From positions 1 to 5,873 of the forward strand of contig NW_021829800.1 of NCBI RefSeq assembly GCF_006345805.1: DNA of 5,873 nucleotides, written 5' to 3'. Below the pieces are notes generated by a model, which saw nothing but the letters and a program-made list of their open reading frames with translations, was not told the DNA's origin and searched no databases. Below are positions 1 to 5,873 of this stretch, one piece after another (the first letter of the stretch is position 1; each line of letters begins with the position of its first letter). The stretch comes from Octopus sinensis (lineage: Eukaryota). Position numbers and translations under genes: made by a program.

Positions 1-53
1 GCAGTTAGCGCAAAGGCACACACATACACAAACTCGATATATACATGTAGAAT

Positions 54-200
54 AGGCTTCTACATAGTTTCCAACTTGTAAATTCACTCACAAGTTATTG
101 TTTGGCCTGGGGCTACAGTAGAAGACACTTCCCCAAGGTGCTACACAGTGGGACTGAACTTAAAACCAAGCTTTAGGGAAACAAACTCCTTAACCACACA
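54..200 (-). mobile_element. tRNA-derived SINE, family A, copy 1 (decayed 5' portion)
   Basis: Aligns by eye with 1161-1297 (AAATTCACTCACAAG..GGCTACAGTAGAAGACACTTCCCCAAGGTGCTACACAGTGGGACTGAAC vs AAATCCACTCAGAAA..GGCATATAGTGGGAGACACTAGCCCAAGGTAGCATGCAGTGGGGCTGAAG). The minus strand has a Pol III B-box-like GTTCAGTCC (151-159) followed by ACCTTGGGGAAGTGTCTT, which resembles the CORE-SINE motif. Resembles octopus SINEs from memory. Confidence 0.8.
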
Positions 201-606
201 CACATACATATTGATATATATATATATATATGCATGTATATATGTATATGTATGTATATGTATATATATGCATATATATATGTGTAAACATATACATACA
301 TGTATATATATATATATATGTATACACAGGTTTACATATGCATGTATATATGTATGCACAGGTGTATATATAAATGTATGTATATATATATATACACACA
401 CAGATGTAAATAGGTATATATATGTGTATATATACACACATATATATGCATACATATATTGATACATTTATAAATATGTGTGCATATATATGTACAAATA
501 TATATAGATATATAAGGACTAAGCATATATGTATACATACATGTATGTATAAATATACATGTGTGTATGTACGTGTGTGCATATATATAAATATATATAT
601 ATATAG
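196..606. repeat. Compound degenerate (TA)/(CA)/(TG) microsatellite
   Basis: Near-continuous alternating purine-pyrimidine sequence; source of the Y/I/H/C-rich ORFs on both strands. Confidence 0.95.
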
Positions 607-725
607 ATCATCATCATCATCATCATCGTCGTTTAACGTCCGTTCTCCATGCTAGCATGGGTTTGGACGGTTCGACCGGGTTCTGGGAAGCCAGAAGCGC
701 ACCAGCCCCAGTCTAATTTGGCAAT
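607..725 (-). mobile_element. Family C retroposon 3' end fragment with (GAT)n tail, copy 1 (LINE or LINE-tailed SINE)
   Basis: (ATC)7 at 607-627 followed by GC-richer sequence GTTTAACGTCCGTTCTCCATGCTAGCATGG; a homologous start recurs at 945-995. On the minus strand it reads body, stem-loop, then (GAT)n tail, the layout of a non-LTR retroposon 3' end. CpGs are retained. Confidence 0.7.
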
Positions 726-878
726 ATATATATATATATTAAATATATATATAAGTATATATAAGAAAGTGTTTACATATGTGCCTGTATTTATCTATCT
801 GTCTGTCTATCTACCTATCAATATAGATATATATATATATATATATAATAATATATATATATTATATATGTGTGTGTG

Positions 879-910
<32 letters not shown>

Positions 911-925
911 TGTATGTATGTATGA
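724..925. repeat. Compound microsatellite: (TA)n, short (TATC/TGTC)n and (TATG)n at about 880-924
   Basis: Directly visible tandem units. Confidence 0.95.
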
Positions 926-944
926 ATATGAGCATGATGTTGGC

Positions 945-1070
945 CATCATCCTCATCTCAATGTCCACTTTCTCATGCTTGCATGGCTTGATGGCTCAGA
1001 TAGAATTGAGGCTGATTTGTTATGTTTGAATACTGTACCTGTTGCCTGCATCCAAGTAACCTAATATTCC
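945..1070 (-). mobile_element. Family C-related retroposon fragment, copy 2 (more decayed)
   Basis: CATCATCCTCATCTCAATGTCCACTTTCTCATGCTTGCATGGCTTGATGG matches CATCATCGTCGTTTAACGTCCGTTCTCCATGCTAGCATGGGTTTGGACGG of copy 1. Only the first ~50 bp align within the window; the right boundary is uncertain and may extend to about 1155. Confidence 0.55.
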
Positions 1071-1160
1071 TTATTGTGAACTTTTTGGTGCAAGATTTAA
1101 AGCAAAGGTAACTGGTTGTGTGACAATGACAGGGACGCTTTTTATAGCTATTATATGTGT

Positions 1161-1297
1161 ATCAAATCCACTCAGAAAACTTTGGTTGACTTAGGCATAT
1201 AGTGGGAGACACTAGCCCAAGGTAGCATGCAGTGGGGCTGAAGCTGACACCATGTGGTTAGGAGGTATGCCTCCTAATCTCAGCCATGCATGCACCT
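1161..1297 (-). mobile_element. tRNA-derived SINE, family A, copy 2 (includes 5' head)
   Basis: Homologous to 54-200. The minus strand starts AGGTGCATGCATGGCTGAGATTAGG (A-box-like TGGCTGAGATTAGG, 1273-1286) and has a degenerate B-box CTTCAGCCC (1235-1243). Confidence 0.75.
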
Positions 1298-1357
1298 ATA
1301 CACATACATGAATATATGTGTGTGAGTGGGTGTGTGTGTGTATATATATACATACAA

Positions 1358-1401
<44 letters not shown>

Positions 1402-1487
1402 TGAATAACATCTTTGTTCAACACTATTTATTTACTTATATATATATATGTATGTATATATATATATGTAAACACACATACACATAT
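1298..1487. repeat. Compound (TG)/(CA)/(TA) microsatellite
   Basis: Directly visible, including a pure (TA)n run at about 1368-1398. Confidence 0.95.
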
Positions 1488-1615
1488 GAATTCCTGCTGT
1501 TGGTCCAGTAATAATTACGTAAATACTGTGGATGGCACCAGGTATCCATAGGCAGTGAATGTACTTCACTGGGCAACTAACAGGAACAATGCAATACTTA
1601 AATAATTGCCTACTA

Positions 1616-1621
1616 CATATC

Positions 1622-1667
<46 letters not shown>

Positions 1668-1747
1668 ATATATGTATATATTATGTTATATGCATATAAT
1701 ATACATATATATACAAATAAAATAATACATAAATATATACACACACA
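1616..1747. repeat. (TA)n-rich microsatellite
   Basis: Directly visible. Confidence 0.95.
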
Positions 1748-1784
1748 TTTAATGTTTTATGAACTAATTCTTTATTTTCCTCAG

Positions 1785-1813
1785 AAGATATTAAAAAATA
1801 CAGGCAATATAAA
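1785..1813 (+). CDS. Candidate 29-nt coding micro-exon (KILKNTGNI + split Lys codon), product unknown
   Basis: Strong acceptor: branch-like CTAAT (1764-1768), then TCTTTATTTTCCTCAG ending at 1784. Moderate donor AAA|GTTTGT at 1814. Reading AAG ATA TTA AAA AAT ACA GGC AAT ATA AA leaves 2 nt that join the first base of the 3696 exon in its only long open frame. Confidence 0.35.
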
Positions 1814-2205
1814 GTTTGTTTATTTATTATAAGTGAAAAGCTCTATCATAAACCAACCAATTCCTGATTATATTTCTTATGAGAATTGTCTGCTTATATA
1901 CTTAAATAAACAAGAATTTACATATAGAGAGAAAATATTTATTTTACTTATTCATTTGAAGAAAGGACAAACTTTTAAGTAGAGAAATTTCACATTAGGA
2001 TTATAATGACATTTCTAATTCAGATTTTAATTTAGACACAAATGCTTAAATACAGGTTGTTATAAGTACATTCCTAAAGTGGGACCAGAGTTAATCTTGG
2101 GTAATTTGTTAAAGAAATCATTGAAAATGAAATATTAATTCCTCAAGCTTTTCCTTCTAAATTTTTTATGTAGTTAGTATTTATAATGAAAACAATAAAA
2201 AACAT

Positions 2206-2248
2206 AACAGTAGCAGCATCAACACAGTAATAGTAGTAGTAGTAGTAG
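2206..2248. repeat. Short (CAG/CAA)/(TAG)n trinucleotide tract, probably the tail of the adjacent SINE
   Basis: (TAG)6 at 2231-2248 directly abuts the SINE 3' end. Confidence 0.8.
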
Positions 2249-2380
2249 ATCTTTTTACTAGAAGCATAAGGTCTGAAATTATGAGGGAGAGTTGGTCAAT
2301 TACAAAGGCCTCAATGCTCAACTGGTATTTATTTTATGAACCCTGAAATGTTGAAAGGTAAAACTGACCTTGGTAGAATT
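2249..2380 (-). mobile_element. SINE family B, 5'-truncated copy
   Basis: Contains the family core TGCTCAACTGGTATTTATTTTATGAACCCTGAAATGTTGAAAGGTAAAACTGACCTTGG, shared with 2953-3014 and in reverse complement with 3487-3545. Its end TCTTTTTACTAGAAGCATAAGGTCTGAAATT mirrors AATTTCAGGTCTTGTGCCTATAGTAGAAAGGA at 3580-3611. Confidence 0.8.
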
Positions 2381-2429
2381 TTTTACCTTTCATTCTTTCG
2401 GTATTGATAAAATAAATATCAGTTGAGCA
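2381..2429 (+). mobile_element. SINE family B core fragment in inverted orientation (right arm of a hairpin)
   Basis: Reverse complement of 2381-2428 matches 2316-2363 at 40 of 48 positions (hand count, ungapped). Confidence 0.8.
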
Positions 2430-2574
2430 AACAAATATGATGACTTTGATGTCATAGGTGTAGCAACTACTAAAACTATCTACTTTTGTCACTGGCCAGA
2501 TATATCTTCTTTATAAATAATGCTAACAATAATGATTCCTTTTATTTGCCACAGGGAGATCAGATGAGGAAGAA

Positions 2575-2606
2575 GATGATGATAATAATAATTGATGATG
2601 ATGATG

Positions 2607-2640
<34 letters not shown>

Positions 2641-2669
2641 TGATGATGATGATGATGATGATGATGATA
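2575..2669. repeat. Alternating (GAT)n/(AAT)n trinucleotide microsatellite (tail of the following minus-strand SINE)
   Basis: Directly visible; abuts the SINE 3' end at 2670. Confidence 0.95.
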
Positions 2670-2868
2670 AATTTTGGCTCAAGGCCAGAAAATTTCAGGA
2701 CAGGAGCAAGCTGAAGGTATCAGCTCCTATGTGCAACAGTTACTTATTTTATACACCCTGAGAGGATGAAAGGCAAAGTTGGCCTAAGGGGCATTGGAAC
2801 TCAGAGCCAGAAGAAATGTTGTTAGGCACTTTGTCTGGTGAACTAATGATTCTGCAGCATGCCGCTTT
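2670..2868 (-). mobile_element. SINE family B, near full-length copy
   Basis: Colinear with 2887-3097 (TTTTGGCTCAAGGCCAG / TTTCGGCACAAGGCCAG; GATGAAAGGCAAAGTTGGCC / TATGAAAGGCAATGTTGACC; GAACTCAGA / GAACTTAGA). B-box-like GAGTTCCAATGCC on the minus strand near 2790-2802. Confidence 0.85.
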
Positions 2869-2886
2869 AATGATATTAATAAAAAT

Positions 2887-3097
2887 GGCTTCAAATTTCG
2901 GCACAAGGCCAGCAACTTTCGGAGAGAGGGTAAGTTGATTGCGCCAACCCAGTGCTCAACTGGTACTTTCTTCATCAAACCTGAAAGTATGAAAGGCAAT
3001 GTTGACCTTGATGGAGTTTTGAACTTAGAATGTTAAGACATGAAATGCTGTTGTGCATTTTGCTCGGCATGCTAACCACTCTACCAGCTCAATGCCT
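2887..3097 (-). mobile_element. SINE family B, near full-length copy
   Basis: Minus-strand head AGGCATTGAGCTGGTAGAGTGGTTAGCATG (A-box-like TGGTAGAGTGG) and B-box-like AAGTTCAAAACTCC; shares the core with the other copies; short AAT-rich tail at 2869-2886. Confidence 0.85.
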
Positions 3098-3098
3098 T

Positions 3099-3099
<1 letters not shown>

Positions 3100-3139
<40 letters not shown>

Positions 3140-3272
3140 CAGCAGTTTCAGATTTTGGCACAAAGCCAATAATAATAATAATTATTATTATTATTATAAT
3201 TATAATGATTATTATTGTTATTGTTATTATTATATTATTATTATTGTTATTATTATTATTATTATTATTATT
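3100..3272. repeat. (AAT)n followed by (ATT)n microsatellite, interrupted by a SINE 3' stub
   Basis: (AAT)n at about 3100-3137 and 3168-3181; degenerate (ATT)n at 3181-3272. Confidence 0.95.
3144..3168 (-). mobile_element. SINE family B extreme 3' stub
   Basis: AGTTTCAGATTTTGGCACAAAGCCA matches GGCTTCAAATTTCGGCACAAGGCCA (2888-2912) and is preceded by its own (AAT)n tail. Confidence 0.65.
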
Positions 3273-3284
3273 TTGCTATTATTT

Positions 3285-3368
3285 TTATTACAAGAAATCG
3301 GGAAAGAGAAGTGTATTTGATTAATCAACTGTCATTACATGGCTGGTATATATTTTACTGCTACCCCC
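3285..3368 (-). mobile_element. Possible highly decayed SINE family B fragment
   Basis: TTGATTAATCAAC...GGCTGGTATATATTTTACTGCTACCCC weakly resembles TTGATTGCGCCAAC...AACTGGTA(C/T)TTATTTTATGAACCC of neighbouring copies. Confidence 0.4.
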
Positions 3369-3416
3369 AACAAATTCCAATTATACAAAAAAAGCTAGCA
3401 TATTAAACAATAACAA

Positions 3417-3625
3417 AGAATCATTAGCATACTGGAGTAAGAGCTTAGCAGCAGTTTGTCTTTATGATTTGAGTTCAAATTCTGATGAGGTCATCTTTAC
3501 CTTATATCATTTTGTGGTTGATTGATTAAGCACTAGTTGAGCGCTGGGGTTGATGTATGCAACTATGACCCTCCCACAAAATTTCAGGTCTTGTGCCTAT
3601 AGTAGAAAGGATTATCATTATTATC
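3417..3625 (+). mobile_element. SINE family B, near full-length copy on + strand with (ATT/ATC)n tail
   Basis: AGAATCATTAG is the reverse complement of CTAATGATTCT (2843-2853); B-box GAGTTCAAATTC at 3471-3482; core TAGTTGAGCGCTGGGGTTG; ends CTTGTGCCTATAGTAGAAAGG + ATTATCATTATTATC. Confidence 0.85.
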
Positions 3626-3695
3626 ACTTGTCTTTTAATACAAGCTTTTATATTTAATAGAATGGGAAATGAAAAGTTACGTGTGTTTCTTTTAG

Positions 3696-3855
3696 ATGCG
3701 AGGTTGAAACTATTTCCAATGAGGAAGTGAACCGAAGCTCAACCAAATTCAAGAATCTCTCGCTGTGTCACAGACCATCTTCAACACCTCAAACCTCCAC
3801 AGCAACAATAAAATTTAATAAATTCAATATTTTGGAAAACTTGACAGCTGTTTAA
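3696..3855 (+). CDS. Candidate terminal coding exon of an unidentified gene: CEVETISNEEVNRSSTKFKNLSLCHRPSSTPQTSTATIKFNKFNILENLTAV*
   Basis: Acceptor GTGTGTTTCTTTTAG ends at 3695; non-repetitive sequence that is GC-richer than its flanks; 52 open codons (3697-3852) ending in TAA TAA; followed by AATAAA and AT-rich UTR-like sequence. No domain recognised. Confidence 0.55.
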
Positions 3856-3993
3856 TAAAAGACTGTTTCCAGGAAATTTTTTTTTTTAATTTTAATATTC
3901 AATATAAAAGAATTTTTCTACTCCCCAACCCCTCCCTCCAATGAATTTTATATGAAATTCTAAAATGCAAAGAAAAAAAAATAAATGAATAAA
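3854..3993 (+). terminator. Candidate polyadenylation signals AATAAA (3854-3859, 3980-3985, 3988-3993)
   Basis: Hexamers are visible; the first is followed by a T-rich tract at 3877-3894. AATAAA arises easily by chance in such AT-rich DNA. Confidence 0.3.
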
Positions 3994-4125
3994 ATAACTT
4001 TTGAATCAAATACTTATAAAAAACAATATCTTTTAATTCATTGAAATCTTTATTTCTGACAAGATGTAGTCATACACAAACATACATACACACACAGAAA
4101 TATGAATTTAAAAATAATTAAAAAT

Positions 4126-4193
4126 GCAACAACAACAGTTACACCACCACTACCATAACAACTACCAATAATAATAATAATAATAATAATGAT
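4126..4193. repeat. Mixed (CAA)/(CAC)/(AAT)n trinucleotide tract
   Basis: Pure (AAT)n at about 4167-4190 preceded by degenerate CAA/CAC/TAC units. Confidence 0.85.
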
Positions 4194-4598
4194 CCTAACT
4201 GCTAGACAACCAAACTAAACATGGGTCCTTTTGACTTATTTTGAACATACTAGCCAATAAATGAAACAGAAGGAAGAAATACCCTCCCCTTAACTACACT
4301 GTTTTCGTTACATAATTTAAAGATGTCGATGCCAGTCCAATCTAATTTCTTTTGCCAAAACACACTTGCTGGAATATCTGGAATCTGATGAGATGGGAGT
4401 TAGCTGAAAATGTTTCCTCCTCTCCATCGGCTAGTGGGTGGCACCTGTAAGTATGTGTTTTATCACCATCGTATGTTAATGTATCAAAATAGTGCAGGAA
4501 TTCAGTGAGTGGCAAGTGGGAGTGACACTGATATTGTTGTTTCTTTTGTTATAACATTGCTTTTGAGTTTTCTGTTTTGTTTTCTTTTAAAATTTGCT

Positions 4599-4681
4599 GT
4601 ATATGTATATATATATAGTTGTGTATATGTGTTTATATACATAGAAATATACGTATGGGTTCTTACACACACACACATACA
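4599..4681. repeat. (TA)/(TG)/(CA) low-complexity tract
   Basis: Directly visible. Confidence 0.8.
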
Positions 4682-4684
4682 CTT

Positions 4685-4724
4685 ATAGATAGATAAATAG
4701 ATGGATAGATAGATAGATAGAAAA

Positions 4725-4778
<54 letters not shown>

Positions 4779-4821
4779 GGATAGATAGATAGCTAGCTAG
4801 ATAGATAGATAGATAGATAGT

Positions 4822-4876
<55 letters not shown>

Positions 4877-4889
4877 GTAGATAGATAGG

Positions 4890-4945
<56 letters not shown>
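4685..4945. repeat. (GATA)n tetranucleotide array, about 65 units with scattered variants
   Basis: Continuous ATAG units with GATG, GCTA, GTTA and GGTA variants; source of the YLSI-repeat ORF at 4663-5016. Confidence 0.98.
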
Positions 4946-4947
4946 CT

Positions 4948-5190
4948 TATATATATGTTTGCCTGTTTACACACTATATATATATATGAAAGTATACAAA
5001 CACAAGTTTTATACATACATAGACACAGTTAATTCACACTCAAATATACTTACACATGCTTCTCCTGATCTATACATGTATACACACACATGCATAGATA
5101 CACATATTTATATACATTACATTACATAGACATACTTTCACATGCACACACATATACAAACATAAACATGTGTTCCCATATATATACACG
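4948..5190. repeat. Degenerate (CA)/(TA)/(CATA) low-complexity region
   Basis: Directly visible. Confidence 0.75.
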
Positions 5191-5273
5191 TGTTTTGTAT
5201 TGTGTTTTATTTACTGGAGTAGTTCTGTCACTGTTGCCTTAGTTTTGTTGCCATCACTACTACTTCTGTTGAT

Positions 5274-5291
5274 GCTGCTGCTGCTGCTGCT
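5274..5291. repeat. (GCT)6 within a degenerate trinucleotide tract (about 5225-5291)
   Basis: Directly visible. Confidence 0.85.
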
Positions 5292-5873
5292 ATACTGTCT
5301 CATTTGTTAATTATTTATTCAGAAACAGAGCCTTCAAGTTGAGCCCTAAATGAATTACTGATTCAAGTTAAATTAAAACCAACTTAGAACCATAAACCTT
5401 TAACAGGTAATCAGAGCTCCTGTGTGACTTTAATAGAAATTTTTTTTAAAAAATTGAGTAAATAAAATAGAATTAAAAACTGTGGTAGTTAAAAAATTAT
5501 AACTACTCTTTTTTTTTTCAACTCTCCACTAATATTTATAGGCAAATAATAATAAATTCTGTTTAGTTCTAAAGAAATCTGTTATGGCTTCACCACACAA
5601 AGATATGAAACGGAATTTGAAAAAAAATTTTTTTTTATAGTTTCCTATTAATTTTGTTTTATCTCATTTTTATTCCGTTTTGTCCATGTCAACTTGGAAA
5701 TAAATTATCAGAACAATTTCTCTCTTCTATAGAAAATAAGTCTTAAAGAACTGATTGTCAACTGAAAATAAAATGAAAAAAAAGCAGAACATTTATTATA
5801 ATTTCCAGTTAAATTTCTGTTAAACAAATTTATTATCAAATCAATTTGCTAATGAAAAATTGTTTCCTTCATT

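Noticed and set aside
141-655. Five overlapping ORFs on both strands rich in Y/I/H/C/M/V
   Set aside because: Translation of (TA/CA/TG) microsatellite; alternating purine-pyrimidine DNA cannot contain stop codons.
649-1064. ORFs of 126 aa and 64 aa with MYVC repeats
   Set aside because: Chimeras of retroposon fragments and (TA)n/(TATG)n tracts.
1235-1297. tRNA gene suggested by A/B-box-like motifs (also at 3020-3097 and 3417-3485)
   Set aside because: No complete cloverleaf could be formed and each continues into a SINE body.
1326-1511. 61-aa ORF
   Set aside because: Microsatellite read-through from a non-ATG start.
2486-2761. 91-aa poly-D/N ORF as a standalone gene
   Set aside because: Non-ATG start; the homopolymers come from the SINE tail and the C-terminus from antisense SINE sequence.
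2784-2999. 71-aa minus-strand ORF with normal-looking composition
   Set aside because: Lies entirely within two adjacent SINE copies and crosses their junction.
3030-3406. 96-aa ORF that looks like signal peptide + poly-N + transmembrane helix, and the overlapping 63-aa ORF
   Set aside because: The signal-like part is the antisense SINE head and the N/Y/I runs are (AAT)/(ATT) microsatellite; no independent coding evidence.
2249-3625. Recurring motifs as a CRISPR-like repeat-spacer array
   Set aside because: Units are about 200 bp, diverged, in both orientations and carry Pol III boxes and tails; no cas genes; eukaryotic context.
4505-4597. Minus-strand frame NFKRKQNRKLKSNVITKETTISVSLPLATH* after TACAG as a terminal exon or Sec-containing ORF
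   Set aside because: The acceptor has no pyrimidine tract (it sits in TA repeat), the frame is short and A-rich, and I see no SECIS-like support for TGA read-through.
4663-5016. 117-aa YLSI-repeat ORF
   Set aside because: Translation of the (TATC)n strand of the GATA array.
5413-5873. AT-rich tail with several AATAAA hexamers and A/T runs
   Set aside because: Compatible with intron, UTR or intergenic DNA; such motifs are expected by chance at this composition.

Overview
Very AT-rich eukaryotic DNA dominated by microsatellites ((TA/CA)n, (TATG)n, (AAT)n, (GAT)n, a ~260-bp (GATA)n array) and decayed short retroposons. The repeat families resemble those I recall from Octopus genomes; that assignment is recognition, not a search result. 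None of the supplied ORFs looks like a real gene: they are microsatellite or SINE read-through. By eye there are three interspersed repeat families: tRNA-derived SINE family A (2 copies), tRNA-derived SINE family B (about 7 copies or fragments packed into 2249-3625) and a (CAT)n-tailed family C (2 copies). Between the repeats is a probable + strand gene end that the ORF track misses: a 29-nt micro-exon candidate (1785-1813) that splices in phase to a candidate last coding exon (3696-3855) ending ...ENLTAV*. The putative intron between them holds several fold-back structures (a 48-bp SINE-derived hairpin, an inverted SINE pair, an (AAT)/(ATT) palindrome), which could form dsRNA in the pre-mRNA. 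There are no prokaryotic features, and I cannot claim a clearly new biological system.
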